Positions 16,352 through 25,923 of a DNA stretch of 42,504 nucleotides are shown piece by piece. The stretch covers positions 1 to 42,504 of the forward strand of contig CAZIEQ010000001.1 of the NCBI GenBank assembly GCA_964538725.1, read 5' to 3'. The position numbers and the translations under genes were made by a program. The notes under the pieces were generated by a model. The model was not told where the DNA came from. It was given only the letters and a program-made list of their open reading frames with translations, and did no database searches. The DNA is from an uncultured Acidimicrobiia bacterium. Lineage in GTDB: Bacteria > Actinomycetota > Acidimicrobiia > Spongiisociales > JAOTWH01. The first letter of the stretch is position 1. The number at the start of each line of letters is the position of its first letter.

Positions 16352-17052
16352 GAGAGGGAAGAAGCTCCCGCGAGATGCGACCGGTGACGCTGCAACGGGG
16401 ATACACCGAGATGACACCGGGCTCGGTGCTGATCGCCGTGGGTAAGACGCGGGTCCTGTGCACGGCGTCGATGGAGCGCGCGGTGCCGCCGTGGATGCGG
16501 GATTCCGGGAGGGGATGGGTGACCGCCGAGTATTCGATGCTGCCCGGGTCGGGGCGGGAGAGGGTGCCCCGCAGATCGGTGAGCGGCGGCCGCACCAAGG
16601 AGATCCAGCGTCTCATCGGCCGCTCGTTGCGGGCGGCGGTGGATCTGAACGGCATGGGTGAGATGAGCGTGCGGGTCGACTGTGACGTGCTCCAAGCCGA
16701 CGGAGGCACCCGAACAGCTGCCATTACCGGGGCGTGGGTGGCGTTGTACGACACCTTCCGCTGGGCGGTCGACGAGGGCCTGATGGCGGACGTTCCCCTG
16801 TCCGGCCAGTGCGCCGCGGTGTCGGTCGGGGTCGTCGACGGCGAGGAGCGCCTCGACCTCGAATACGCCGAGGATGCGGCTGCGGAGGTGGATCTCAACG
16901 TCGTCATGACCGCGGACGGGAAGCTGATCGAAGTCCAGGGGACGGCTGAGGGGGATCCATTCGACCGAGGGCAGCTGGAAGCAATGCTCGACCTTGCCAC
17001 CGCAGGCATAACCATCCTGGTAGAGGCACAACGGGAAGCGCTGGGGATGTGA
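16348..17052 (+). CDS. rph: Ribonuclease PH
   Basis: 234 aa. The sequence REGRSSREMRPVTLQRGYTEMTPGSVLIAVGKTRVLCTAS...GRTKEIQRLIGRSLR is classic RNase PH. The start overlaps the upstream stop. Confidence 0.92.
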   Translation: MREGRSSREMRPVTLQRGYTEMTPGSVLIAVGKTRVLCTASMERAVPPWMRDSGRGWVTAEYSMLPGSGRERVPRRSVSGGRTKEIQRLIGRSLRAAVDLNGMGEMSVRVDCDVLQADGGTRTAAITGAWVALYDTFRWAVDEGLMADVPLSGQCAAVSVGVVDGEERLDLEYAEDAAAEVDLNVVMTADGKLIEVQGTAEGDPFDRGQLEAMLDLATAGITILVEAQREALGM

Positions 17053-17630
17053 CACCGCGGCGGCTGGTGATCGCCTCGAAGAATCCGGACAAGGTGCAGG
17101 AAATCATCGACGTGCTCGAAGGGCTGCATCGCCCGCCGCGGATCGTCGACGGTGTCACCTGGCCCGAGGTGGAGGAGAGCGGAGAGACGCTGCGCGCCAA
17201 TGCAGTGCTGAAAGCGCGCACGGTCGCCGCGGTGGCCGGCCTGGCCGCCATCGCCGACGACACCGGGCTCGAGGTAGATGTGCTCGGCGGCCAGCCGGGA
17301 GTGCACACGGCGCGTTTCGCCGGTCCCGAAGCCAGCTACGCGGAGAATGTCGCCCACCTGCTGAGGCAGCTCCGTGGCGTTTCTGAACGCTCGGCACGGT
17401 TTCGGACCGTCATCGCAGTTGTCGCTCCCGGCGGTGAGGAGACCGTGGCGGAAGGGGTTCTCGAAGGGCGGATCGCCGATGCCCCCCGGGGTGGTTACGG
17501 CTTCGGCTACGACCCGGTGTTCGAGGTCGGCGGCCGCACTCTCGGTGAGATGACACCCGAGGAGAAGAAGGTGATCAGCCATCGTGCCCGTGCGCTGCGC
17601 TCGCTGGCCGAGCTGTGGTCGGATACTTGA
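17049..17630 (+). CDS. rdgB: Non-canonical purine NTP pyrophosphatase (RdgB/HAM1 family)
   Basis: 193 aa with LVIASKNPDKVQEI...DDTGLEVD...GGQPGVHTARFAG...GFGYDPVF...SHRARAL. It follows rph as in many bacteria. Confidence 0.9.
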   Translation: MTPRRLVIASKNPDKVQEIIDVLEGLHRPPRIVDGVTWPEVEESGETLRANAVLKARTVAAVAGLAAIADDTGLEVDVLGGQPGVHTARFAGPEASYAENVAHLLRQLRGVSERSARFRTVIAVVAPGGEETVAEGVLEGRIADAPRGGYGFGYDPVFEVGGRTLGEMTPEEKKVISHRARALRSLAELWSDT

Positions 17631-17633
17631 CGG

Positions 17634-17719
17634 TGCGGGCGGTGGGACTCGAACCCACACGGGCCGCAAAGCCCACCAGGTCCTAAGCCTGGCGCCTATG
17701 CCAATTCGGCTACACCCGC
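17634..17719 (-). tRNA. tRNA-Leu (anticodon TAG), type II with long variable arm
   Basis: Hand-folded from the reverse complement. Acceptor GCGGGTG/CGCCCGC, anticodon arm CCAGG-CTTAGGA-CCTGG, long variable arm, T arm GTGGG-TTCGAGT-CCCAC, discriminator A. CCA is not encoded. Confidence 0.9.
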
Positions 17720-17750
17720 GCCTGCGAAGGGTAGGTGGGCGAGAGTGCTC

Positions 17751-17827
<77 letters not shown>

Positions 17828-17848
17828 GCTCTCAGGGTAGCAATCGGG

Positions 17849-18547
17849 TCATGGGCCGAAGCGCGTGCCCAAGACCTCGATCCACTCCATGGTGCGGATC
17901 CAGGCGTCGGTGCTGCGCCGTAAAGTCGCTCGGCACACGCCCCATTGCAGGGTGTTCTTGCGGTGACCGGTACCGCGGGCCTTGATATATGTCTTGGTGA
18001 AGTCGGCGTATGGAAGCCGTAGCTCCTCTCGCCAGAATCTTTTCGCTTGGTCATCGTCATTTCCCTCGTGCAGGTGGAGGGACAGAATCCACATCGGTGA
18101 GGGGTGCAGGTACTCGCCGGCCCAGGCTATGAACAATCTGAGAGCGGCCGGGTCGGCGTTGGAGAGCTGTAGGCGTCGGGAGGTTTTCGAACCCTCAGCC
18201 CAATAGAGCGCGACACCGGCAGTCCAGAAGGGATCGTCGGCAAGGCTTCGGCCTACGAGTGAGGCATGACTGCGAAGAGCCTCGATCTCCAGCCTCCGCC
18301 TACGGCCGGTGTCCCTGGGAGCGGAGGCCCCTCGCGCCTTGAGGGCTGCGACCTGGTCGGCATCGAGCCGCACCTGTCGACACCATGAGGAAAGAGTCCC
18401 CTTGGGAACCGGGATGACCTCGCGGATTTCGCCGTAGCTCCATCCGAGCCGGCGCAGGGCCCGTCCCAACTCGGCGCGTTCCCATTGATGGAGCTCGTTC
18501 CATTGCCGGGCCCGGTTCAGCAAACCCGGCGGGGCCGGTGGTTTCAT
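17849..18547 (-). CDS. Hypothetical protein: N-terminal HTH plus C-terminal LAGLIDADG-like (homing-endonuclease-like) domain
   Basis: 232 aa. The HTH-like segment is LGWSYGEIREVIPVPKGTLSSWCR. The candidate single LAGLIDADG-type helix is AGVALYWAEGSKT, followed by a beta-rich segment (LQLSNADPAALRLFIAWA...). The DNA is visibly less GC-rich than its flanks. It ends 21 nt upstream of, and co-oriented with, tRNA-Lys. The domain call is by eye only. Confidence 0.6.
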   Translation of the reverse strand: MKPPAPPGLLNRARQWNELHQWERAELGRALRRLGWSYGEIREVIPVPKGTLSSWCRQVRLDADQVAALKARGASAPRDTGRRRRLEIEALRSHASLVGRSLADDPFWTAGVALYWAEGSKTSRRLQLSNADPAALRLFIAWAGEYLHPSPMWILSLHLHEGNDDDQAKRFWREELRLPYADFTKTYIKARGTGHRKNTLQWGVCRATLRRSTDAWIRTMEWIEVLGTRFGP

Positions 18548-18678
18548 GGGTGCAACGTATCGGGAAGGTGTGACAGCGATGAATGTCCACTGCTACACAC
18601 GGCAGCGACGTCGATGACGACTGTGGTTCTTCATCAGAACGGCCAACTCGGCGGGGAGACCTGGCACAATCAGCACGA

Positions 18679-18752
18679 CGGGCTGTAGCGCAGCTTGGTA
18701 GCGCACCTGCTTTGGGAGCAGGGGGTCGCCGGTTCAAATCCGGCCAGCCCGA
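18679..18752 (+). tRNA. tRNA-Pro (anticodon TGG)
   Basis: Hand-folded. Acceptor CGGGCTG/CAGCCCG, anticodon arm CCTGC-TTTGGGA-GCAGG, T arm GCCGG-TTCAAAT-CCGGC. Confidence 0.92.
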
Positions 18753-18796
18753 CGGCGGGTCCGATTCCGGCGTCGCCTATCCTTCGCCGCCGGCGC

Positions 18797-18867
18797 GCGG
18801 GTGTAGCTCAGTGGCAGAGCCCCAGCCTTCCAAGCTGGTTACGAGGGTTCGATTCCCTTCACCCGCT
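18797..18867 (+). tRNA. tRNA-Gly (anticodon TCC)
   Basis: Hand-folded. Acceptor GCGGGTG/CACCCGC, anticodon arm CCAGC-CTTCCAA-GCTGG, T arm GAGGG-TTCGATT-CCCTT. Confidence 0.92.
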
Positions 18868-18886
18868 CGGCGGGGAACGGGCGCCA

Positions 18887-18959
18887 TGCCCCCGTAGCTC
18901 AGAGGACAGAGCAGGAGCCTTCTAAGCTCTTGGCCGGGGGTTCGAATCCTCCCGGGGGC
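18887..18959 (+). tRNA. tRNA-Arg (anticodon TCT)
   Basis: Hand-folded. Acceptor GCCCCCG/CGGGGGC, anticodon arm GGAGC-CTTCTAA-GCTCT, T loop TTCGAAT. Confidence 0.9.
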
Positions 18960-18993
18960 GCGGTCCGCCGGGCGGCCGGCGGAGTCCCCACTT

Positions 18994-19068
18994 GGTGACC
19001 GTAGCTCAGGTGGCTAGAGCGCCGGGTTGTGGTCCCGGAGGTCGCGGGTTCGAGTCCCGTCGGTCACC
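18994..19068 (+). tRNA. tRNA-His (anticodon GTG), with encoded G-1
   Basis: Hand-folded. G-1 plus acceptor GTGACCG/CGGTCAC, anticodon arm CCGGG-TTGTGGT-CCCGG, T arm GCGGG-TTCGAGT-CCCGT, discriminator C pairing with G-1. Confidence 0.92.
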
Positions 19069-19125
19069 CCGATCACGAGGCGCCGCGGTATGACAGCCGC
19101 GGCGCGTTTTGCGACGAGGAGCATC

Positions 19126-20463
19126 GTGGATACCAACCTTCAAGAGACGGGCGCTTTCGAGCGCCTCGTTACGTTCACCGTGGATCGCGGAGTGTGGAAC
19201 TCGGCCGCCGAACGGGCCGCCCGCCGCCTGTCGAAGGACCTCAAGATCAAGGGTTTCCGCCCCGGCAGGGCGCCGCGTCGAATGGTGGAGTCGATGGTGG
19301 GTGCGGATCGCCTTCGCTCGGAGACGCTGGAGGTCGCGCTGCCGTCGCTTCTGGTCGACGTGCTGGCGGAACGCGAGCTGCGGCCTGCAATCGCCCCCAC
19401 CGTGACCGCCACCAGGGACACCGACTCAGGGGTGGAGGTCGATGTGCGCATCACGCTGTGGCCGGTGCCGGAGAAACTTCCCGACTATTCCGACCGTGCT
19501 GTGGAGGTGGACTCGACGGCCGTCACCGACGACGAAGTGTCGGATCGCATCGATCAGCTGCGCCAGCAGTTTGCCGAACTCGAGGAAACCGACCGGGCTG
19601 CAGATACCGGTTACCACGTCGTGATCGACGTGACGATGCCCGGCGACGGCGCTGAGCCGGTTTCGCTGGGCAGGGACCTCATGTACGAGATCGGGTCGAA
19701 CTCGCACCTGCCCGGCCTCGACGAGGCGCTGATCGGCGCCACCGCCGGCCACATCCGAGAGGTGGCGACCACCTTTGGGGGCAAGGACGTGACGGCACGG
19801 GTCCTCGTCAAGGGAGTTCGCTCCAGGAAACTTCCCGAGCTGTCGGACGACTGGGTCTCGGACGTAACCGAACTCGACAGCGTTGCCGAGTTGGAAGGCG
19901 AGGTGAAGTCGGATCTGGCCAGCCTGAAACGACGCGCGGCCGGTGCCCAGCTCAGAGTCAAGCTGCTCGAGACCCTCGTCGGCGAGACCGTCATGGACGT
20001 CCCCGAAGCGCTCATCATGGCTGAAGCCGAGGACGCCATCCACCGGCTGCTCCACTCCCTCGAAGCGCAGGACTTGGATGTTCAAACGTATCTGCAGGTG
20101 ACGGGACAGGACGAGGACGCTTTCATCGCCGACCAGCGGCAGCGCGCCGAGAGACGGTTGCGTTCCCGTGTCTTCCTCGACGCTGTGGCCGATGCCGAAG
20201 GCCTCGAAGTCACCGCGGACGAACTCACCGCCACGGTCGTCGATCTCGCCGAGCGCGCCGGCGTCGATGCCGATGACTACCGCGCACGTCTGGAGGCGGG
20301 GGGGCAGGTGGGGGTCCTCGGCGGTGATATCCTCCGCGAGAAGGCACTTGACCATCTGGTCGGGTGCGCAGTGGCGGTCGACGTCGGCGGTGAGCCGATC
20401 GCCCTGGACGACCCGGACGACGAGACCACCGCAGACGAAGAACAGCCAACGGAGGTCGACTGA
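19126..20463 (+). CDS. tig: Trigger factor
   Basis: GTG 19126 lies 5 nt after GAGGAG. The longer ORF from 19027 would overlap tRNA-His, and ATG 19090 is an alternative start. It has the N-terminal ribosome-binding signature GFRPGRAP, an acidic C-terminus, and is followed by clpP-clpX. Confidence 0.88.
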   Translation: MDTNLQETGAFERLVTFTVDRGVWNSAAERAARRLSKDLKIKGFRPGRAPRRMVESMVGADRLRSETLEVALPSLLVDVLAERELRPAIAPTVTATRDTDSGVEVDVRITLWPVPEKLPDYSDRAVEVDSTAVTDDEVSDRIDQLRQQFAELEETDRAADTGYHVVIDVTMPGDGAEPVSLGRDLMYEIGSNSHLPGLDEALIGATAGHIREVATTFGGKDVTARVLVKGVRSRKLPELSDDWVSDVTELDSVAELEGEVKSDLASLKRRAAGAQLRVKLLETLVGETVMDVPEALIMAEAEDAIHRLLHSLEAQDLDVQTYLQVTGQDEDAFIADQRQRAERRLRSRVFLDAVADAEGLEVTADELTATVVDLAERAGVDADDYRARLEAGGQVGVLGGDILREKALDHLVGCAVAVDVGGEPIALDDPDDETTADEEQPTEVD

Positions 20464-21068
20464 TGAGTTACCTGGTCCCGACCGTCATCGAGCAGACCGC
20501 TCGCGGGGAACGGGCGTTCGACATCTATAGCCGGCTGCTCAAGGACCGCATCATCTTTCTGGGCACTCCGATCGACGACACGATCGCCAACCTGGTGATG
20601 GCGCAGATGCTTCATCTCGAGGGCGAAGATCCCGATAAGGACATCGCCCTGTATATCAACTCCCCGGGGGGTGCCACCACCGCGCTGATGGCGATCTACG
20701 ACACGATGAACTTCATCAAGCCCGACATAGCCACCTACTGCATGGGCCACGCAGCCTCCGCGGCCGCGGTACTGCTCGCAGCAGGCTGCAAGGGCAAGCG
20801 GTTCGCCCTTCCACACGCCCGGGTGCTGTTGCACCAGCCGTGGATTTCGGGATTGGGCGGTCAAGCGACGGACATCGAGATTCATGCCCGCGAGATACTC
20901 AAGACTCGCGAGGAGATCAATGAGATCTTGGCCGATCACACCGGACAGGACCTGGAGAAGATCAACAAGGACACCGAGCGTGACTTCTGGATGAATGCCG
21001 GCGAAGCGCAAGAGTACGGGGTGGTGGACAAGATCCTTTCGGGACGCGAGCTGGCAGTGGCGAGCTAG
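20463..21068 (+). CDS. clpP: ATP-dependent Clp protease proteolytic subunit
   Basis: 201 aa with [32 protein letters not shown], the active-site region [13 protein letters not shown] and LLHQP. TGATG overlap with tig. Confidence 0.93.
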   Translation: MSYLVPTVIEQTARGERAFDIYSRLLKDRIIFLGTPIDDTIANLVMAQMLHLEGEDPDKDIALYINSPGGATTALMAIYDTMNFIKPDIATYCMGHAASAAAVLLAAGCKGKRFALPHARVLLHQPWISGLGGQATDIEIHAREILKTREEINEILADHTGQDLEKINKDTERDFWMNAGEAQEYGVVDKILSGRELAVAS

Positions 21069-21077
21069 GAGTTACCG

Positions 21078-22349
21078 ATGGCGAAGTTTGCCGAAGGCAG
21101 CGATCTCCTCAAGTGCAGCTTCTGTGGCAAGTCGCAGAAGCAGGTGCAGAAGCTCATCGCTGGGCCGGGCGTGTACATCTGCAACGAGTGCATCGACCTG
21201 TGCAACGAGATCATCGAAGAGGAGCTCGCTGAGACCGAGGAGGTCCCGTTCAACGAGCTTCCCAAACCTGCGGAGATCCACCAATTCCTCAACGACTACG
21301 TGGTTGGTCAGGAGAGAGCCAAGAAGGTGCTCGCGGTAGCGGTATACAACCACTACAAGCGGGTGCGGGCCGGGAAGAAGGCCAAAGAGGATGTGGAGCT
21401 GGAGAAGTCCAACATCCTGCTCATCGGACCGACGGGTTGCGGCAAGACGCTGCTGGCGCAGACGCTGGCCCGCATGCTCAACGTGCCTTTCGCTATCGCC
21501 GATGCCACCGCCCTCACCGAAGCCGGTTACGTCGGCGAGGATGTCGAGAACATTCTTCTCAAGTTGATACAGGCCGCGGATTACGACATCTCCCGGGCGG
21601 AAACGGGAATCATCTACATCGACGAGATCGACAAGATCGCCCGCAAGGCTGAGAACCCATCTATCACGAGGGACGTTTCTGGGGAAGGGGTCCAGCAGGC
21701 TTTGCTGAAGATCTTGGAGGGGACGGTGGCTGCGGTGCCCCCTCAGGGGGGGCGCAAACATCCCCACCAAGAGTTCATCAATGTCGACACCACCGACATG
21801 CTCTTCATCTGTGGTGGTGCTTTCGCCGGCCTCGAGGATGTCATCTACAACCGGGTGGGGAAGCGCACCGTCGGCTTCGACGCCCAGATACATGCCGACG
21901 GGGAAGGTCGCGACGGCGACTTGCTGGCACGAGTGCTTCCCGAGGACATGATGCGCTACGGTCTCATCCCCGAGTTCATCGGGAGGCTTCCCCTGATGGC
22001 GACGGTGCACGACCTGGACAAGGCGGCGCTGCGGGAGATTCTCACCGAGCCGAAGAACGCCTTGATCAAACAGTACGTCAAGTTCTTCGAGATGGACAGT
22101 GTGGATCTGGTCTTCACCGACGATGCAATCGAAGCAGTTGCCGACCAGGCACTGCTCCGCGGCACCGGAGCCCGCGGGCTGCGGGGGATCATGGAAGAAG
22201 TGTTGCTGAACACGATGTACGACCTGCCGTCGCGCACCGACATCGCCCGGGTGGTGATCGACGGTGAGGTCGTTGCCGAGCGGGTCAACCCGACCCTGAT
22301 ACCGGTACAAGACGCGGCCGTCGAGGAGCCGCAGGAGCGCAGCGCCTAG
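21078..22349 (+). CDS. clpX: ATP-dependent Clp protease ATP-binding subunit ClpX
   Basis: 423 aa with the N-terminal zinc finger CSFCGK...CNECIDLC, Walker A GPTGCGKT and Walker [10 protein letters not shown]. Confidence 0.95.
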   Translation: MAKFAEGSDLLKCSFCGKSQKQVQKLIAGPGVYICNECIDLCNEIIEEELAETEEVPFNELPKPAEIHQFLNDYVVGQERAKKVLAVAVYNHYKRVRAGKKAKEDVELEKSNILLIGPTGCGKTLLAQTLARMLNVPFAIADATALTEAGYVGEDVENILLKLIQAADYDISRAETGIIYIDEIDKIARKAENPSITRDVSGEGVQQALLKILEGTVAAVPPQGGRKHPHQEFINVDTTDMLFICGGAFAGLEDVIYNRVGKRTVGFDAQIHADGEGRDGDLLARVLPEDMMRYGLIPEFIGRLPLMATVHDLDKAALREILTEPKNALIKQYVKFFEMDSVDLVFTDDAIEAVADQALLRGTGARGLRGIMEEVLLNTMYDLPSRTDIARVVIDGEVVAERVNPTLIPVQDAAVEEPQERSA

Positions 22350-22445
22350 TTACCGCAGGGTGGCGCCGTCGTGCAGGCGCCGCCGCATTCGAATAGTCTC
22401 CACGTACCGCGCACAGCGCGGGCGGAGTAAGGGCATCTGGCCTTC

Positions 22446-22473
22446 GGGGGGCACGTCTGCAGACGTGCCCCCC
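22446..22473. terminator. Perfect 12-bp-stem hairpin between convergent genes (candidate bidirectional terminator)
   Basis: GGGGGGCACGTC-TGCA-GACGTGCCCCCC lies between the clpX stop (22349) and the aminotransferase stop (22502). There is no clear U tract on either side. Confidence 0.55.
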
Positions 22474-22501
22474 GACTTGACTCCAAGCCGGCAAGGGAAG
22501 A

Positions 22502-23422
22502 TCAGAAGGGAAGAGGAGTCCCGGTAGTGGCGGTCAGGTCGTCGAAGGCCTTCTGCAGACTCACAGTGACGGCACCCACCCTCCCGTTGCCGATGAGGCG
22601 CCCGTCGACCTCCAGCACCGGTGCCAGTTCCCCCATCGTCCCGCTGGTGAACGCCTCGTCGGCGGCGTATAGCTCTGCCGGGCTCACGGCGCGTTCTTCG
22701 ACGGCCATGCCGAGACTCGACCCCAGCCCGAGCACGACACTGCGGGTGATGCCCGGCAGGCAGTGTTCGGGGGCGGGCGTGATGAGACGGCCACCCTTGG
22801 CCAGGAAGATGTTGGTGGCGTTGGTCTCGGCGACGAAACCGTACAAGTCGAGCATGACCGCGTCGTCGGCTCCCGAAGCGTTGGCCTCGATCTTGGCAAG
22901 AATGTTGTTGATCAGGTTGTTGTGGTGGATCTTGGAGTCGAGAGTCGCGGGCGAGTTGCGTCGCACAGAGGCGGTGATGAGGCGGATGCCGTCCCGGTCG
23001 TAGACCGGCGGCTTCCACTCGGCGAGGACGATCAGTGTGGGCCCGGCACGGTTCAGCCCGGGGCTCATTCCCGACGACACCTTCAGGCCGCGTGTCAGCG
23101 TCAGACGGACGTGGACGCCGTCGTGCATGCCGTTGGCGGCCAAGGTGGCGAAAAAGGCGCCGGTGACCTGCCGGCGGTCCGGCATTGCGGTGAATGCCAT
23201 CGCCCGGGCGGAATCGAACAGCCGGTCGAGGTGGGCGTCGAGCATGAAGACCGTGCCCTGATAGATCCGGATGCCCTCCCACACCGCGTCGCCCCCCTGA
23301 ACGACGCTGTCGAACACCGAGACCTTGGCGTCGGCCCGGTGCACCAGGCCCGAACCCACCCAGACCATGATGTCGGCGTTGCGTGGGTCGGGTAGGTCGG
23401 CCGCCTCATATTCGCTCAACAC
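22502..23422 (-). CDS. Class IV (fold type IV) PLP-dependent aminotransferase (IlvE/PabC/Dat-like)
   Basis: 306 aa with VSVFDSVVQGGDAVWEGIRIY...LDAHLDRLFDSA and the Lys-containing segment LDSKIHHNNLINNILAKIEA typical of class IV enzymes. Substrate is not assignable by eye. Confidence 0.8.
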   Translation of the reverse strand: MLSEYEAADLPDPRNADIMVWVGSGLVHRADAKVSVFDSVVQGGDAVWEGIRIYQGTVFMLDAHLDRLFDSARAMAFTAMPDRRQVTGAFFATLAANGMHDGVHVRLTLTRGLKVSSGMSPGLNRAGPTLIVLAEWKPPVYDRDGIRLITASVRRNSPATLDSKIHHNNLINNILAKIEANASGADDAVMLDLYGFVAETNATNIFLAKGGRLITPAPEHCLPGITRSVVLGLGSSLGMAVEERAVSPAELYAADEAFTSGTMGELAPVLEVDGRLIGNGRVGAVTVSLQKAFDDLTATTGTPLPF

Positions 23423-23630
23423 GTCTCCTTTCCGCTGCGGTTGCCACGCTATCGGGTACGCTGTCAGTCGGCCTTCTTTCAGGGGATGGGGAGGGGATCG
23501 CCACCTGACTAGTCACTCAGCAGGTTGATAATTGACACGCTAAGTGGCTTGACGAACACACTCTGTAGTTGCATCGTGTTCCTTGCCGGGTTATCCCGGC
23601 GAAACGGGCCAGAGACGAAGGAATGAAAAA

Positions 23631-25898
23631 ATGGCGATTACCCGTCACAAGGTCGCCTTGCTCCTCGTCCTGACGCTGCTGGGAGGGCTATTCACGGCGC
23701 TTCCGGTCGGCGCTCAGACGGCGGGACCGAGCGTCGATCTGGAGAAGACGACCAACGGCACCGATGCCGACAGCGCGCCCGGCCCCACCCTCGCCGCGGG
23801 CGGCACGGTGGATTGGAGCTACATCGTCACCAACGACGGTGGGGTTCCGCTGACCGACGTTGCTGTAACCGACGATCAAGGGGTTGCGGTCACCTGCCCG
23901 GGCACCAATCTCGCCGCGGGCGAGTCGATGACCTGCTCCGGCTCCGGAGTCGCCTATCCCGAGCCGTATACCAACACGGGAACGGTGACCGCTCTCGCCG
24001 GTGATGTGCCGGTGAGCGCCACCGATCCCAGCAACTACTCGGGGGCCTTGGTGTGCCCTCTTGGCGGCGACCATGTGGTCTTCATCGGCGCAACGTTGTA
24101 CAACAACGCTTCGCAGCGCCGTGCCGGGCCGATCCCGGTTTCGATACCACCGGGGGTGTACGACATCACCCTCACCAGCTACGACGATCACAGCCGCCAC
24201 AGCGGGCAGGTGCAACTCGTCGAGTCCTGGTCCGTCGAGCTGTCCGGCCTCGGAGGCACTTCTTTGTACACCTCTCCTAACTCGCCGGATCTGCCGGAGA
24301 GCGCGGAGATCATGTCGTGGCAGGTGGGCACCGCTGTCCTGACCGATACTGCGCTGACTCTCGACGCCTGGCATGCCTTTCCCGGCCCCGGCTTTACCAA
24401 GAACTCGGTGACTGCGGTGTGCGTCGCCTTCGACGAGGTGGCCCCGTCGATCGATGTCCGCAAGCAGGCGGAGGGTGCCGACAGCAGACAGGTGGTGCGC
24501 GGCTCCGACGTCGTGTTCGAGATCGCAGTCACCAACGACGGCGTCATCGACCTCGTCGACGTGGCGGTCACCGATCCCGACTATCCGCAGTGTGAGCAGG
24601 TGATCGGCGATCTGGCGGTGGGGGCGTCGGTGACTTATGAATGCACGGTTCCCAACGTCCAGGCCGACTTCACCAACACGGCCACCGCAACCGGGGACAC
24701 GCCCCTGTCCGGGCCGGCATCCGACTCGGATCCGTCGACGATCCAGGTCCTCGTGCCCGCCATCGACATCCGCAAGCAGGCCGAAGGTGTCGATCAGCGC
24801 AACGCGGTGATCGGCTCAGACGTCGTATTCGAGATCGCGGTGACCAACAGCGGAGCCGTCGACCTCGTCGACGTGGCGGTCACCGACCCCGACTATCCGC
24901 AGTGTGACAGTCTCATCGGCGATCTGGCGGTGGGGGCTTCGGTGACCTATGAATGCACGGTTGCCAACGTCCAGGCCGACTTCACCAACACGGCCACCGC
25001 TACGGGCGCCAGTACCACAGGTGAAGCGGTCACCGACTCGGATCCGTCGACGGTTGTCGTCACCGCTCAGCCCCAAGAGCTGATCGATCTGGAGTTGACC
25101 AAGACCGCCGACCAGAGCCTGGTGGCGCCCGGCGACGAGGTCGTCTTCACCATCACCGTGGTCAACCAAGGCCCGGGCGACGCCACCGGTGTGGAGGTCG
25201 CCGATCTGCTGCCGGCGGGGCTCACCTATGTGAGCCACAGTGGCGACGGCACCTATGCACCCGGATCGCCATGGGCGATAGGCAGCCTGCCTGCGGGGGG
25301 CACTGCCGTACTCACCATCACAGTGCAGGCCGGTGATCCCGGCTCTTATGTCAACGAAGCCGAGGTCACCGCGGCCAACGAAACCGACTCCGACTCGGTG
25401 CCGGGCGACGGCATGGGTGACGATTGGGACGATGCCACCGTCGACGTCGTTCTGGTGGGGGCCTCGGCCACCATCGGGGACACCGTATGGCTGGACGCCG
25501 ACGGCGACGGCGTCCAAGACGCGGGTGAAGACGGGATCGCCGGAGTGACGGTGCGGCTCACCAATACGGCATCCAGTGCCACAACGACACTCGTGACTGA
25601 TGGCAACGGCAGGTATCTGTTCGCCGCCCTCGAAGCCGGTGAGTACACCGTGGCGGTGGATGTCACGACGGCACCCGCAGACCACAGTCTCACCACCAGC
25701 GGTCAGTTCACCGTGACTCTCGGTGACGGAGAGTCCTTCCTCGACGCCGACTTCGGCTTTCAGGCAGGCGGTGACGAGGAGCTGCCGATGACCGGATTCC
25801 CGGTGCGGATGTTCGGCCTTGCCGGGTTGTTGCTGACTGCGCTGGGAGCCGCCCTGCTGGCCACCACAAGACGATGGTGGCATTCTGAGCTCGGTTAG
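23631..25898 (+). CDS. LPXTG-anchored multidomain surface protein (Cys-pair Ig-like repeats, DUF11-type repeat, SdrD/Cna-B-type domain)
   Basis: The ATG 23631 start gives signal peptide MAITRHKVALLLVLTLLGGLFTALPVGAQT. It has three related domains of about 100 aa each with two Cys, then a DUF11-like domain (LELTKTAD...VVNQGPGDATGVEV.DLLPAGLTYV...DSDSVPGDG). An SdrD-B-like domain follows (IGDTVWLDADGDGVQDAGEDGIAGVTVRL...GNGRYLF..LEAGEYTV). The sorting signal is LPMTG (25782..25796) plus a hydrophobic helix and RRWW. Confidence 0.85.
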   Translation: MAITRHKVALLLVLTLLGGLFTALPVGAQTAGPSVDLEKTTNGTDADSAPGPTLAAGGTVDWSYIVTNDGGVPLTDVAVTDDQGVAVTCPGTNLAAGESMTCSGSGVAYPEPYTNTGTVTALAGDVPVSATDPSNYSGALVCPLGGDHVVFIGATLYNNASQRRAGPIPVSIPPGVYDITLTSYDDHSRHSGQVQLVESWSVELSGLGGTSLYTSPNSPDLPESAEIMSWQVGTAVLTDTALTLDAWHAFPGPGFTKNSVTAVCVAFDEVAPSIDVRKQAEGADSRQVVRGSDVVFEIAVTNDGVIDLVDVAVTDPDYPQCEQVIGDLAVGASVTYECTVPNVQADFTNTATATGDTPLSGPASDSDPSTIQVLVPAIDIRKQAEGVDQRNAVIGSDVVFEIAVTNSGAVDLVDVAVTDPDYPQCDSLIGDLAVGASVTYECTVANVQADFTNTATATGASTTGEAVTDSDPSTVVVTAQPQELIDLELTKTADQSLVAPGDEVVFTITVVNQGPGDATGVEVADLLPAGLTYVSHSGDGTYAPGSPWAIGSLPAGGTAVLTITVQAGDPGSYVNEAEVTAANETDSDSVPGDGMGDDWDDATVDVVLVGASATIGDTVWLDADGDGVQDAGEDGIAGVTVRLTNTASSATTTLVTDGNGRYLFAALEAGEYTVAVDVTTAPADHSLTTSGQFTVTLGDGESFLDADFGFQAGGDEELPMTGFPVRMFGLAGLLLTALGAALLATTRRWWHSELG
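24444..25067 (+). repeat. Intragenic tandem duplication, 2 x 312 bp (104 aa units)
   Basis: Units 24444..24755 and 24756..25067 align in register (cgcaagcagg at 24459 and 24771). Long identical runs include gtcgacctcgtcgacgtggcggtcaccga and cccgactatccgcagtgtga. Identity looks high by eye but was not computed. Confidence 0.85.
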
Positions 25899-25923
25899 TC
25901 GACCCAATCGCCATAGAGAACAC

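Noticed and set aside
18583-18925. ORFs 18583..18897 and 18695..18925 (+), and the 5' part of ORF 19027..20463.
   Set aside because: They run straight through the tRNA-Pro, Gly, Arg and His genes. The tRNA folds are complete, and the tig start is better placed at GTG 19126.
23532-23577. Sigma-70-type promoter for the LPXTG gene (TTGACA at 23532 and TTGACG at 23549).
   Set aside because: No convincing -10 hexamer lies at 16-18 nt spacing from either -35-like element (the candidates are AACACA and CATCGT). It is left unannotated pending 5'-end mapping.
24444-25067. Tandem 312-bp repeats considered as a possible CRISPR or satellite array.
   Set aside because: There are only two units, in frame inside a continuous ORF, encoding a duplicated protein domain. 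There are no short repeat-spacer units.
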